Source of the DNA: an uncultured bacterium
Lineage (GTDB): Bacteria; Zixibacteria; MSB-5A5; GN15; FEB-12
NCBI GenBank assembly: GCA_965372795.1
Contig: CBDVDR010000003.1
Span: 32,001 to 96,000 of the forward strand
Length of the DNA stretch: 64,000 bases
Direction of reading: 5' to 3'
Positions 31,885 through 43,500 of this stretch are shown here, piece after piece. The position numbers were made by a program, and so were the translations under genes. Positions within the stretch are counted from its first letter, which is position 1. Every line of letters begins with the position of its first letter. The notes beneath the pieces were generated by a model. It was not told the origin of the DNA. It saw nothing but the letters and a program-made list of their open reading frames with translations, and ran no database searches.

Positions 31885-33432
31885 ATGACACCAATAACAT
31901 TAGTTAATATTCGAAATCTAACAATAACTTATGTTAACAGTACCGTATTTAATAATTTTTCATTTTCTGTTATGGCTGGCGAGATTGTTGTTATTGTCGG
32001 TGCCAATGGTTGTGGAAAGTCTACGATATTAAAGCTTCTGATTGAAAAATTTAAAAATAATAAAAACTATTTAGAAGATAATCAGATTAAACAACAGGGT
32101 ATAATAGAATTAAAAAAAGATATTGAGCTTTCATACCTGCCTCAAAATCTGCGAAACGACTGGACCATTGATAAAACTGAATCTGACGACTATTCGAAAA
32201 TCTCTAAAGTTTCAAAGTTAAATTTAAAATACAATTTTGATGGATGTAATAATTCTATTGATAAACTTTCCGATGGGCAGCTCCAAAAGTATGCCATAAT
32301 TGATACCTTAACTTCTCAAGCCGATCTGTTTTTATTGGATGAACCGACTAATTATCTTGATATAGATGGTTTGACGGCGCTTGAAGATAATCTTTTACAA
32401 CTTAAGAATGACAACCGGGGCATTGTTATAGTAACTCATGACCGTACCCTGACTGATAATATTGCTGATCGGACAATTTACATATCGCAAAATGGTATCT
32501 ATGAATGTCATGGGGGCTACCAAACAGCCTGGTCTTTGAAAACAAGCGATCTTGATTCAAGGAAAAATCGCGCGAAAGAAATTAAACGGCGTATAAAAAA
32601 TTTACAGGAGGATGTCCGGCGAAGAAAAGGCTGGTCGAATCTCAAGGAAAAACAAAAAATCGGAGCCGGAGGTGCCAAAGCATTTATTGCCCGCAAAGCA
32701 AAAAAGATGGCCAAACGGGCAATGTCTGTAAATAAAAAAGTAGAAAAAGAGATTGAAGAACTTAAGCAGGATAAAATTCTTAAGAAGCGTGATATAAATT
32801 TATCCTTCCCTGACTATGAAATTAAGCATCGTAATGTTTTCACTGTTAAAAATTTATTTTTTTCATATTCAATTACAGACGATCAATCTAATAGCTTATT
32901 GAATAATATTACAATTGAAGCAAGTACGAATGATAAAATTTGTTTATTGGGTTGTAACGGTGCCGGTAAATCAACGCTGTTTAAATTGATAATGGAAGAA
33001 TTGGAACCTCATGAAGGCTCGGTATATCGTCATCCTCATCTTAATATGCAGTATATCAATCAGGGATTAATAGGTTATTTTAAAAAAGAAAGATTGCTTG
33101 ATAATTTTGATGGATTAGCTGAAGAATCAAAAGTTCGTCAGTATCTTGGGGCTGCCCTGTTAAGACGTGAGAAAGTTACGGACTTAATAAAAAATTTTTC
33201 ACATGGCGAATTGATGCGAGCCGCGATTGTAAAATGTATTCTTGAAAAAACTGAATTTTTACTTCTTGATGAACCGACCAGCCAACTTGATATTGAGTCG
33301 ATAGAAGTGCTTGAAAATTTATTAGTCAATTATCAGGGCGGATTTTTAATTATCAGTCATGATCGTACGTTTGTAAGTAATGTTGCTGAGAAATTATATG
33401 TTCTTGAAAACAACATAATCAAACAGATTTAA
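31885..33432 (+). CDS. ABC-F family ATPase (two NBDs, no TM domain)
   Basis: GANGCGKST / LLDEPTNYLD and GCNGAGKST / LLDEPTSQLD with a basic helical linker. Confidence 0.9.
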   Translation: MTPITLVNIRNLTITYVNSTVFNNFSFSVMAGEIVVIVGANGCGKSTILKLLIEKFKNNKNYLEDNQIKQQGIIELKKDIELSYLPQNLRNDWTIDKTESDDYSKISKVSKLNLKYNFDGCNNSIDKLSDGQLQKYAIIDTLTSQADLFLLDEPTNYLDIDGLTALEDNLLQLKNDNRGIVIVTHDRTLTDNIADRTIYISQNGIYECHGGYQTAWSLKTSDLDSRKNRAKEIKRRIKNLQEDVRRRKGWSNLKEKQKIGAGGAKAFIARKAKKMAKRAMSVNKKVEKEIEELKQDKILKKRDINLSFPDYEIKHRNVFTVKNLFFSYSITDDQSNSLLNNITIEASTNDKICLLGCNGAGKSTLFKLIMEELEPHEGSVYRHPHLNMQYINQGLIGYFKKERLLDNFDGLAEESKVRQYLGAALLRREKVTDLIKNFSHGELMRAAIVKCILEKTEFLLLDEPTSQLDIESIEVLENLLVNYQGGFLIISHDRTFVSNVAEKLYVLENNIIKQI

Positions 33433-33442
33433 AATTTAAATA

Positions 33443-34339
33443 TTAAGCTTTGGTATGATGCCGGTTGTGAATCCAAATCCACTGGTCGCGATAGGTATCT
33501 ATTATTTTTTCAAGTTCCTGAGTACATTTGTGAGTAATATTGTAAACATCTTTTTCAAAATCACCCGATGGCTCTATTGTCACTTCCGGCTTGATAATAA
33601 TTTTGTATTTGTTGTTGTCGATCCTGACACACGCCATCGGAACAAAGGCTGATCCCGTTTTCAGACCGATCATTGATTGACCCACGGGAGTATTTGATGG
33701 TTTTCCAAAGAAAGGAATAAACATATTACGCACCCGCATCGAATCGGTATCAATTAGTACACCGAGGGCTTTGCCACTATTCAACCATTTAATAATATGT
33801 TTTGGGGAGTCGGTTGTGTAAAAATTAGTTAAACCCAACGAGGTTCGGTTTTCAGTTAAAATTTTATCGAGCCGTTTTTCATACATCTCTCTGCCGATAA
33901 CCGCAATGTCATAACCAAGATTTTGAATCCAGATTGCTAACAGTTCAAAATTACCAATATGCCCGGTAACTCCCACCAAACCCTTGCCGCGTTTATAAGC
34001 ACGATCAAAATGTTCCAATCCTTCTACTTCAACCAGATTTTTGATCTGAGAATGGAAGTATTTTTTAAATCTAAGCATATCAGCCAAATTCTTACCGGAA
34101 TTTATAAAGAAGTTTTTACCAATGTGATATTTTTCAGAATCAGATAGTTTATCACCATAGCAAGTGGTTAAGTTGTTAAAGACATTTTGTTGTTCTTTTT
34201 TTAAAATTTTCCAGGCAAGGATTCCAATCGTACTTCCACAGCGAATTGCCATTGAACGGGGAATGAGATTGAATATCAAAATTGTTAGTCTGACAAAGAT
34301 AACAGTTAGACTATGTTTGATGCGTTTCTTGAGTTTCAT
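33443..34339 (-). CDS. Lipid A late acyltransferase (LpxL/HtrB family)
   Basis: VTGHIGNFE, VLID, PFFG, QWIWIHNR; in kds operon. Confidence 0.88.
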   Translation of the reverse strand: MKLKKRIKHSLTVIFVRLTILIFNLIPRSMAIRCGSTIGILAWKILKKEQQNVFNNLTTCYGDKLSDSEKYHIGKNFFINSGKNLADMLRFKKYFHSQIKNLVEVEGLEHFDRAYKRGKGLVGVTGHIGNFELLAIWIQNLGYDIAVIGREMYEKRLDKILTENRTSLGLTNFYTTDSPKHIIKWLNSGKALGVLIDTDSMRVRNMFIPFFGKPSNTPVGQSMIGLKTGSAFVPMACVRIDNNKYKIIIKPEVTIEPSGDFEKDVYNITHKCTQELEKIIDTYRDQWIWIHNRHHTKA

Positions 34340-34370
34340 GAAAAATATTATTATTTATTTTTAAGTAATA

Positions 34371-35336
34371 CTATACAAGTTTCGATTTTAAAATATCATG
34401 CAGATGGATAATTCCCAATAGTGAACCATCGGAATCTACTGTGGCAAGCTGAGTTATTGAGTGGTCTTCGAAGATTTTCAAGGCAGCATCCAAAACAGCA
34501 TCAGCATTGATTGTTTTAGGATTTTTCACCATGACATCACTGGCTGTAAGATTTTCAAAATTATCCTGAGTTTCAACTACTCGTCTTAAATCACCATCGG
34601 TGAAAATCCCAATCACTTTTTTACTATTATTAACAATGATTACACACCCAAGCCGTTTGGAGGTCATTTGCAAAATCATTTCTTTCATCGTAGCGTTTTC
34701 TGATACGATTGGAATTTCATCGTCGGTGTGATGGATTTCAAATATTTTTTTTAACAAACGCCTTCCCAATAGTCCCCCCGGGTGGAGTACCGCAAAATCC
34801 TGCGGTGAAAAATTACGAGCTTTTAAAAGGGCGACTGCTAAAGCATCCCCCATAACCAAAGCTGCGGTTGATGATGAGGTCGGTACGAGGTTATTAGGGC
34901 AGGCTTCTTTTTCTACTGAACAATCAAGAGGGATATCAGCGCGACGAAACATCTCCGAATCAACCGTACCACAAAGAGCTATAATTTTTATTCCAAGCCG
35001 TCTTGCAGTTGCAATCAGAAGTTCCATTTCGTTAAGCTGGCCTGATTTAGAGATCACCATGATAACATCATCGTTGCGAACCAGTCCCAGGTCGCCATGG
35101 AGAGCTTCGGCGGGATGCAGGAAAAACGAGGAGATACCGGTTGAATTGAAAGTTGCAACAATTTTATTGCCGATGAGCCCTGATTTCCCCATGCCGGACA
35201 CTATCACGCGTCCTTTGCAATCAAGAATAGTTTCAACAGCATCAATGAAATTATCATCAAGACGATCAGCTAATGATGCAACCATTTCTGATTCTATTTT
35301 GATGACTTCCTTTGCATATTCGATTAGTTTTTTCAT
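34371..35336 (-). CDS. kdsD: Arabinose-5-phosphate isomerase (SIS plus CBS)
   Basis: GMGKSGLIG, HPAEALHGDLG, PTSSST, HPGG.LG. Confidence 0.95.
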   Translation of the reverse strand: MKKLIEYAKEVIKIESEMVASLADRLDDNFIDAVETILDCKGRVIVSGMGKSGLIGNKIVATFNSTGISSFFLHPAEALHGDLGLVRNDDVIMVISKSGQLNEMELLIATARRLGIKIIALCGTVDSEMFRRADIPLDCSVEKEACPNNLVPTSSSTAALVMGDALAVALLKARNFSPQDFAVLHPGGLLGRRLLKKIFEIHHTDDEIPIVSENATMKEMILQMTSKRLGCVIIVNNSKKVIGIFTDGDLRRVVETQDNFENLTASDVMVKNPKTINADAVLDAALKIFEDHSITQLATVDSDGSLLGIIHLHDILKSKLV

Positions 35337-35863
35337 TTTATATAATCTACCGGATTAAAATCTTTGGCTTTGAAATAACATTCGAGGATTTCCCGAACGG
35401 CACCAACACCGCCATTTTTTTCGGTTTTATAATTTACTATTTTAAGCAGTTCCTCCGAAGAATCATTCACAGCAATAGACAGACCGACTTCTTTTGCAAG
35501 AGGGATATCAAGGATTTCGTTACCGACAAAAGCAACATCAGAGAATTCTATTTTTAATTCTTGAAGCAACGGTTTTATCATTCCGACTTTGCTTTTCTTT
35601 CCCTGAAAAACATGTTTAACACCGAGGTCTTCCATTCTGGTTATGGTAGCCGGAGAGTATCGTCCTGAAACTATGGCAAGTTCCAATCCGGTTCGCATCG
35701 CCAGAACCATGAAAAATCCATCTGAGATATTAAATTTTTTCATTTCAAATCCATCCGGACCGAAATAAATAGAATCATCAGTTAGTACGCCGTCAACATC
35801 AAGCGCCAGTAATTTTATAGTTTTAAATTTATCAATAAATTGATCTTTAGTTAATAAGCTCAT
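35333..35863 (-). CDS. kdsC: KDO 8-phosphate phosphatase
   Basis: DVDGVLTD, GGVGAVRE. Confidence 0.93.
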   Translation of the reverse strand: MSLLTKDQFIDKFKTIKLLALDVDGVLTDDSIYFGPDGFEMKKFNISDGFFMVLAMRTGLELAIVSGRYSPATITRMEDLGVKHVFQGKKSKVGMIKPLLQELKIEFSDVAFVGNEILDIPLAKEVGLSIAVNDSSEELLKIVNYKTEKNGGVGAVREILECYFKAKDFNPVDYIK

Positions 35864-36657
35864 TCGGCAGCCTCTTTAATTTTTAAAATACTTTCCAGAA
35901 ATTCATCCATCTTCTCAAGCGGCAGCATAGCTCCCGCATCTGAAAGCGCTTCGTTTGGGTTAGGATGGGTTTCAACAAAGATGCCATCAAGACCAATCGC
36001 CATCGCAGCTTTTGCCATCGGAATTATAAATTGAGGTTGTCCGGTTGAAACGGCTCCACCGCCGCCGGGGAGTTGAAGTGAGTGAGATGCATCATAGATT
36101 ACTTTATGCCCTGATTCTTTCATTATCATAAACGATCTAAAATCGACAATCAGATTACGATAACCAAAAGAGGAACCCCGCTCGGTTAGCATGATTTTTT
36201 TACTGTCAACTTTATTAGCAATTTTTGCCATATCTTCAGGAGCAAGAAATTGTCCTTTTTTGATATTGACCCATTTTCCGGTTTCGGCAGCTTCAATGAC
36301 CAGATCAGACTGCCGGCAAAGAAAGGCTGGAATCTGGAGGATATCGGCAACTTTGGCGACACTTTTGATTTCAGATGTTTCATGAATATCGGTCAGAATT
36401 GGAAGGTCAAATTTCTTTTTTATATTTTCAAGAATTTGCAAGCCGTTATCGATACCGGGTCCGGTATATGAACCGGCTGATAAGCGGTTGGCTTTTTTGT
36501 ATGAACATTTGAAAACAAAGGGTAAGTCATATTTTTCTGCCAGAATTTTTACATGTTCGGCAACCTGAAAGCATATTTCTTCGGTTTCAATAACGCATGG
36601 TCCGGCAATCAGGAAAAATTCGCCCTTTTCGATTCGGTCTAATATTTTATTTTTCAT
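35860..36657 (-). CDS. kdsA: KDO 8-phosphate synthase
   Basis: IAGPCVIE, KANR, QIPAFLCRQ, KKGQF, ERGSSFGY. Confidence 0.96.
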   Translation of the reverse strand: MKNKILDRIEKGEFFLIAGPCVIETEEICFQVAEHVKILAEKYDLPFVFKCSYKKANRLSAGSYTGPGIDNGLQILENIKKKFDLPILTDIHETSEIKSVAKVADILQIPAFLCRQSDLVIEAAETGKWVNIKKGQFLAPEDMAKIANKVDSKKIMLTERGSSFGYRNLIVDFRSFMIMKESGHKVIYDASHSLQLPGGGGAVSTGQPQFIIPMAKAAMAIGLDGIFVETHPNPNEALSDAGAMLPLEKMDEFLESILKIKEAAE

Positions 36658-36776
36658 GTTGAGAATATAAACAATATCAGGTTTATTGTCAGTAAGGAAA
36701 TAAAACGGAATTTTTTGATAAAGTTAAGTAATGAATATCATTTGCCACGCAATCAGCCAGATGTTATAATAATCAT

Positions 36777-37718
36777 ATGGCTGAAAAGAAAATAAAAGAG
36801 TTTGCCTTAAATGATGTTATAACCGGCTTTTTTATTGTCCGTAAAGCTGATATCAGGGAATACACCAAAGGAAATTATCTAACAGCCGAACTGGGCGATA
36901 ACAGCGGCAGAATAAATGCCGTTTATTGGGAGCCGGATACCTTCTGTCTTACGGAACTTGAAGCGGGGTATGTGGTCAAAGTTCGGGGTACTGTCGGTGA
37001 ATTTCGTGATAAATTGCAGCTTACTATCGTTCGGATTCGATTAGCAACGGAAGATGAATATTCGCTTGATGAATTGCTGCCGCATTCAAAGCAAACCCAC
37101 GATGAACGAAAATCCCGTATTTTGAATCTGACTGAAAAGATCGAAAACCAATATATCAAAACGCTGGTTGAATCATTTTGGAATGATGAAAAATTCTTTG
37201 ATAAATTTCTTAAGGCTGCTGCCGGAAAACTTTGGCATCATGCCTATATCGGCGGACTGTCAGAACACAGCGCGAACCTTGCCGAGTTGGCAGTTAGAGT
37301 CTCAGTAGGGTATGAATATCTGAATAAGGATTTGCTGATCTTTGGCGGTCTGTTTCATGATATTGGAAAACTTGCAACCTACACAACCGATATGGTGATT
37401 GATTTTACTGATGAAGGTCGTTTGATCGATCATATCTGTATTGCCGATGCCTGGATTGTTGAGCGCGCCAAACTGATTGAGAATTTCCCCGACAAACTTC
37501 TAATGAAACTTCGTCATATAGTTTTATCACATCAGGGAGAATACTCAACTCCGGTAGTTCCCAAAATTCCCGAAGCCTTTGTTATTTACTACTGTGATGA
37601 GATCGACAGCAAGATGGGTGCTTTGGAACGAATTCGGGAAAAAGTCGGCGGTAAGGGCTGGTCGGATTACATCAATTTGATACAGCGTCATGTTTATTTT
37701 GGAGAGGGTGACGATTAA
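36777..37718 (+). CDS. YhaM-family 3'-5' exoribonuclease (OB plus HD)
   Basis: N-terminal OB fold; HHAYIGGLSEH, FHDIGK, HIVLSH. Confidence 0.88.
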   Translation: MAEKKIKEFALNDVITGFFIVRKADIREYTKGNYLTAELGDNSGRINAVYWEPDTFCLTELEAGYVVKVRGTVGEFRDKLQLTIVRIRLATEDEYSLDELLPHSKQTHDERKSRILNLTEKIENQYIKTLVESFWNDEKFFDKFLKAAAGKLWHHAYIGGLSEHSANLAELAVRVSVGYEYLNKDLLIFGGLFHDIGKLATYTTDMVIDFTDEGRLIDHICIADAWIVERAKLIENFPDKLLMKLRHIVLSHQGEYSTPVVPKIPEAFVIYYCDEIDSKMGALERIREKVGGKGWSDYINLIQRHVYFGEGDD

Positions 37719-37719
37719 C

Positions 37720-38460
37720 GTGGCAAACGATAATGATTCAAATATTATCTTAGAGACAAAAAATCTTACCCGCAAAGTTTCCCATAACAATTCTTATAAA
37801 AAAATTATTGATGATTTTAGTTTTTCATTTGAAAGATGCAAGGTCTATACCATCATTGGTCCATCCGGTGCCGGGAAATCTTCGTTGCTAAGACTTTTGA
37901 ACCGACTTGACGAACCGAGCGAAGGACAAGTTTTTTTTGAAGGAGAAGATTATAAATTGATCTCGCCATGTGAACTGCGTAAAAAAATCGGGTTTCTTTT
38001 TCAAACACCTCATCTTTTTGAAGGAACCGTTAAAGATAACCTCCGCTATATTGATCAAACTTTGTCTGATGAATATATCGAAAAGATCGCTAATCAAGCT
38101 CATATCAAACCTGATCTGATTGAATCGGATGCTTCTTTATTATCGGTCGGGGAGAAGCAGCGCGTTGCTCTGGCAAGGATGCTGACTTTGAATCCGGAGA
38201 TAATTTTACTGGATGAACCAACCTCGGCGCTCGATCCATCCTACACCAAAGCTATTGAAAATCTTATTAAAGAGATTGTAGACAATTGTAAGTCGACTGT
38301 GATTTTTGTCAGCCATAATCCCGAACAGGCATTGCGAATGGGTGGTGAAGGATTGTTGATGGTCAACGGCAGGCTTATTGAAAGCGGTGCGATTGAACAG
38401 TTGGTAAACAACCCTCAGTCAGAAGAGGGCAAGCAATATCAATCGAGGCAGTTAATATGA
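37720..38460 (+). CDS. ABC transporter ATP-binding protein (FetA/YbbL-like)
   Basis: GPSGAGKS, LSVGEKQR, LLDEPTSALD; GTG 37720 preferred. Confidence 0.88.
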   Translation: MANDNDSNIILETKNLTRKVSHNNSYKKIIDDFSFSFERCKVYTIIGPSGAGKSSLLRLLNRLDEPSEGQVFFEGEDYKLISPCELRKKIGFLFQTPHLFEGTVKDNLRYIDQTLSDEYIEKIANQAHIKPDLIESDASLLSVGEKQRVALARMLTLNPEIILLDEPTSALDPSYTKAIENLIKEIVDNCKSTVIFVSHNPEQALRMGGEGLLMVNGRLIESGAIEQLVNNPQSEEGKQYQSRQLI

Positions 38461-39218
38461 CATCACCCGGTCTTGTACAAGTATTAATTTCATTTCTGTT
38501 AGTCTTTGTGGCAGTAGCTGTGACGCGGTGGTGGAAAATTCCGGTCGCAAAAGATTTATCATTCGGATCGGTGCGGGCATTTATTCAATTGATCGCGGTT
38601 GGGTATGCCTTGGAATATATTTTTGCGATGGAATCATTCTGGTTTATTAGTTTAGCATTAATGATAATGATTCTGGTCGGATCATATACAGCCGCCGGTC
38701 GAGTCAAATCTGTCTCCGGGTCATTTATAATCTGTTTTGTTGCGATATCATCCGGTTCTTTGTTAACTCTTTTTTTAATGCTGATGTTGAATATCATAAG
38801 TTTTGAAGCGCGATATATTATTCCTTTGGGCGGGATGATTATCGGTAACTCGATGAACGCCTCGTCAATATCGATTGATCGGCTATCCTCAGACCTTCGA
38901 AATAACCGGCTGGGAATAGAAACTTCGTTGTCGCTTGGGAAAACCTGGCGGTCGGCATCATCAAATTATTTGAATCAGGCAGCCAATGCCGGACTAATTT
39001 CAATATTGAATTTTGTGAAAACAGTTGGAATCGTAGCTCTGCCGGGAGCAATGACCGGGATGATTTTAGCCGGGGCTAATCCGATTGATGCTGTCTATCT
39101 TCAGATTATAGTTGTCTTCATGTTGATGTCCTCAGTTACGCTGACCTCGGTAATTTCGGTTGCCTTGACGGTTCGCAAGTTTTTCACCCGCAATCATCAG
39201 TTGTTGATAAGTTCGTGA
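38457..39218 (+). CDS. fetB: ABC permease FetB/YbbM (UPF0014)
   Basis: RAFIQLIAVG, YIIPLGGMIIGNSM, GIVALPGAMTGMILAG. Confidence 0.9.
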   Translation: MTSPGLVQVLISFLLVFVAVAVTRWWKIPVAKDLSFGSVRAFIQLIAVGYALEYIFAMESFWFISLALMIMILVGSYTAAGRVKSVSGSFIICFVAISSGSLLTLFLMLMLNIISFEARYIIPLGGMIIGNSMNASSISIDRLSSDLRNNRLGIETSLSLGKTWRSASSNYLNQAANAGLISILNFVKTVGIVALPGAMTGMILAGANPIDAVYLQIIVVFMLMSSVTLTSVISVALTVRKFFTRNHQLLISS

Positions 39219-39371
39219 CGGATAAGGCCTTAGGGTGGCGATTCGTAAATTCATATAATAAAAATATTAGTCTTGTCTTTTTGGAGAAAATCCATTTATT
39301 AGGGGGAGATTCCTGTGAGAATTATTTCTTACAGGTCTTATTCTGCTTTTTGCAGAAACAGAATATTACAC

Positions 39372-39458
39372 GGAGAGGTGTCCGAGTTGGCTTAAGGAGC
39401 ACGCCTGGAAAGTGTGTATAGGTAACCCCTATCCAGGGTTCGAATCCCTGCCTCTCCG
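39372..39458 (+). tRNA. tRNA-Ser (GGA), CCA not encoded
   Basis: GGAGAGG acceptor / CCTCTCC-G, anticodon loop CTGGAAA, long variable arm, GTTCGAATCC T-loop. Confidence 0.96.
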
Positions 39459-39649
39459 CATACAAGGTTTGTTTTACACTGGCACACTTTGGTTAGGGTT
39501 TTATCAATATTTATTATAGAAAAGTTGGGAGTAACCCACTAATCACACTATCTATCAAATTAAGTAGCTTTGTTGATGTAGATTGACAAGAACACAGAAT
39601 ATCTGTGCATTTTGATAAGTATTATTTTATGATGATTCTTACTGAACAG

Positions 39650-39678
39650 TTTGTGCCTGCATTATTTGCAGGCACAAA
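39650..39678. terminator. Stem-loop downstream of the convergent tRNA and lipoprotein genes
   Basis: TTTGTGCCTGCA-ttatt-TGCAGGCACAAA. Confidence 0.6.
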
Positions 39679-39690
39679 GCAATAATAATT

Positions 39691-40284
39691 TTAGTGTGAA
39701 ATGCCAAATTTGGAAAAGTGGCTAATTTCAAAGGTTACTTTTCCTTTGAAGATTTTTGCTTCCTGCTGAAGTAGCCATTCACCTGTCTCAGGATCATGGT
39801 AATAAAGCTTTACTACCCCTTTATGTTTTGGAGCTCTTAATGCATTAAGAGAAGCAGCATTTACTATAATTTTAGCTGATGGGGAAAAGAATAAGCCATC
39901 AGGACCAAAATCGAATTCAAATACAGTAACGATGTCATGAGAGGTGCTCTTAGCAGTACAAGTTGTAATATCAATCACAACATCTTCGTTGATAGCTCCG
40001 GGTTCAAATTGGATTCTATTTTTTGGTCCGCCCCATCCAAGTTGAATTTCCCCACCATCTGCAACTGTAATAAGTCCTGAAGATTCATAGCATTTTTGAG
40101 TTTTATCTTGTTCGACAAATTTACTTGCCTGAGATAAAACAGGTCCATCAGCCAGAAGATCTGGCTGTAACGGATTTTGGCTACAACCAATAATCCCAAT
40201 TAAAGCCAAGATAATCAAAATATTAATTGGCAGAAACTTTCCTGTCAACTTTGGCTTTCTAAAAACATTGTATCTGCTATTCAT
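39691..40284 (-). CDS. Lipoprotein with ZU5-like beta domain
   Basis: Lipobox IIGC; GGEI..RIQFEPGAI, FDFGPDGLFF, LYYHDPETGEW, ISHFSKF. Confidence 0.7.
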   Translation of the reverse strand: MNSRYNVFRKPKLTGKFLPINILIILALIGIIGCSQNPLQPDLLADGPVLSQASKFVEQDKTQKCYESSGLITVADGGEIQLGWGGPKNRIQFEPGAINEDVVIDITTCTAKSTSHDIVTVFEFDFGPDGLFFSPSAKIIVNAASLNALRAPKHKGVVKLYYHDPETGEWLLQQEAKIFKGKVTFEISHFSKFGISH

Positions 40285-40331
40285 ACGATATCTCCTAAAT
40301 TAAATATTCATAATATTCTATGAATAATAGT

Positions 40332-40347
40332 AGCAAAATGATTACCA
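40332..40347 (-). promoter_or_regulatory. Possible sigma54 -24/-12 promoter for the lipoprotein gene
   Basis: Minus strand TGGTAATCATTTTGCT (GG-N10-GC), about 48 nt upstream of the ATG. Confidence 0.4.
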
Positions 40348-40510
40348 ATTATGGGGAAAGTCCAATATTTGTCTTGTTACTCATAGTGTGCCAGTAGGTT
40401 AAAATAATAATAAATTTTTTCAATATGAAACAGGAGATTTGAAATTTTAAATGAATAGTTAAAAATATGGGATGAATCCTATATGATGTAGGGAATAGAC
40501 TTCACAAAAA

Positions 40511-43500
40511 TTAGACCATTTTACTAATTGTTTTGGAAAAATATTGATAATAACAGGAGTTGATTATTTTTTTCCAGCTATCTTTTCCGTTATCGATAAT
40601 GTATTGATGACTGATGTCTGAGATAATCCTGTTGGCTTTGTCTTTAAATGAGTTGTCATTTTCATAAAGCCGTACTGAAGACTTCAAAATTAACTCAAAA
40701 ACATTCTGTTGCTGGCCATATGAAAGTGTTTCGTGATAACAACTAATGGCGTCGGATAGGTTGTTCCTCAAGCGATTTGTTTCTCCTTTAATAAAACCAA
40801 TTTCGTTCATAACGAGAATTGAATTAATACTAACCGCTTTTTCCATGGTTTGATCAATTAGGTAATTGATTTCATCTAGATACCGCTCTCCAATAAACAG
40901 TCTACACAAACCTATTGCTGAGCGCATGAAATATTCTGATGAATCAATTTCGTTTGCAAGCTTAATAGCTTCCTTATATTTAATTTTCGCTTTATCAATA
41001 TTTCCGGTATAGAATAAAACCTCACCCAAACGAATCTGACATTCGGCAAAGAGCTCTTTGTCATCAACTTCTTTTGCGAACTTAATTACTTCGAGAAATT
41101 TCGCTTCGGCATCTTCATGCTTCCCTTCGATTAAATCAATATCGCCCAGATTCCCAATTACATAATTGTGGGCATGCGTATCATTAAGTCGGGTAAATAT
41201 TTTGTCAGCGTGTAAGATTAGTTTTCGGGATGAACTGAAACGGCCCAGAATTTTTTGTATGCTTGACAGATTTCCGGAAACATAAGCCTCATCGCGGCGA
41301 TCGCCAATCTGTTTTGTTATTTCCAGAGCATGTCTCATTAATTGTTCGGCTTCCAAAAAATCTCCCTGCTCCCATTTAATTATAGCTAAATTATTAGATG
41401 TTTGTGAATGTACAATCATCCCATTGACATCTTTTCCATATTGTAAACTAAGTTCATAATTTTCTGCTGCCTCATTAAGTTTTCCTTCACCCCACAATGC
41501 CAGACCAAGTTTATTATAAGCATCAGACAGACCTTGGTAATCATCGATGTCTTTGTAAGAATTAATAGATTGTTGGCAACACTCTTGAGCCATTGTAAAA
41601 TTCCCGGAACGCCTCTCTACTTCGGCTAGTATTGTATGAATCCGAGCTGTCAATTTAGAATAATCTTGAATATCTGGGTATTTTAATACGTTTTCTAAAG
41701 CTTCCCGGCATTCATTATATTTTGATTGTTGCCAATCGAGTTGTGCTTTTTCAATAATTGCCGATGTTTTTTGGGAATCGTTATTATCTTTCTCAGCTAA
41801 TTCCTTCCAGGATTTTATCAACTTGTATGCCTTGTCCAAATCACCTTCCAAAACAAGGTATGAACTATAACTCTCATAGTAGTTATAAATATCAGAAGTT
41901 TGGATATCGTTATGTTCTATTGATTCGAGCGAGACTTCACATTGTTTAAACATACGTGATGCTTCACTAAGAGAGAATAGACGGAGAGCATCTTTAGCAG
42001 TTATGAGTGAAAAGGTATATGCTTTCTGCCATTGCTTGGATTTGAAGTAATGATTTGCCAATACTGCAGGAGAGAATGTTGCTTCAGATGATTCGTAGTA
42101 ATTGGCCACTTTCCTATGAGAAGTCAGTAGAAATGATTCGGGAAGGCAAGAGTAAATTATTGTTTGGAATTTTTTATCTGCGAAACTGAATAGTCTGTTT
42201 TCAGAATCGTACTCCAATACTTCATCCTTTTCCAAATTATCAAGCTTATTCCTCAAAGCATTCTTATCTTTATTATCAGTGGTGGTGCTTAATGCGTCCA
42301 AGCTGAACATAGTTTCAAATACAGCAGCCGATTTCAGCAATCTCTTATCAAGTTCGGGTAAAAGATCGAATCTCGAAAGATATATGTCATTAATGTTGGC
42401 AGGTATTTCTGCATCATCAAATGACTCAATTAATTCATACTTGCCAGTAAAGCTGTTTAGTTCAAGTTTGTCCTGTTTATGTAGATGATTAATAAACTCG
42501 GATATGAATTGAGGATTACTTTTCGATATATCGACTAGTTTTTCTGTAAGTTCTAATTCTCTTTTGCCATCACCAAATTGATTTTTAAAATAACTCATCC
42601 ATTCACTGTCAGTGGGTGGGGCTAATTTTAGATGCGTTATTTTTGTGTTCGATAGTTTGCCGATATTCGTATCATCTCTTAAAATTAGGATGAAAATTCC
42701 AGGAAATTGTTTAGGCGAATTTAACAGATGAAGAAGAAACTGTCTTGAATAGTCATTAATTTGATCAAAATCATCAATGATGACAACAACTGGATCAGTA
42801 ACAATTGAAGCTGTCAGCATGCTATAGAGTCCAATGGTCTTCTGATTTTTTTGTTTTTGTGATAAACCTTTACTCCAAATATTATCTTCAACTGGAACAT
42901 CAATAAAATCGCCGATCAGGGGAAGCCATTTTGATTCTATAATTTCAATTGCAAAATCTTTAAGTGATTGATAATGTTTTTTTTGAAAAATCGAGAATAG
43001 GTCATTGAGTAATTTTTTAAGAATCCAGTTTTCACCATATAGAAATGAACGACGTCCCTCAATTGTTATAGAGGGGATTTCATCATTACTTCTGATTGCA
43101 CTTTCAACCAGTGTGCTTTTTCCAACGCCAGCCTCACCGGTAATAACCATTCTCTTAATTTGCGATAAAGGAGTGGGGCTCATAAACCTTTTTAATTGTT
43201 GGTATTCTGTTTTCTGACCGATGATAGTATCGCTTTCGGTATGGCAACTTATCAGTTCGATGATCTCCCGAAATTGATGACATAAAACTTCATTACCGAT
43301 TCCCTTGAGAGATAATTTTTTATTATCAGTTTTGATATTTTCTGGTAGTATCATTCGTAGCTCATTATCTATCAGAACCTGTCCCCAAGATGCGTTAGCC
43401 ATTAATCGTGCGGACATATTAGCTGCCTCACCCATGACAGTATATTCTTTTCGTTTATCTGTTCCAACATCACCACAAAACAGCGAGCCGTTCGCAAGTC

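Noticed and set aside
39215..39421. 68-aa ORF after fetB
   Set aside because: Overlaps the tRNA-Ser gene and its upstream region; no protein features
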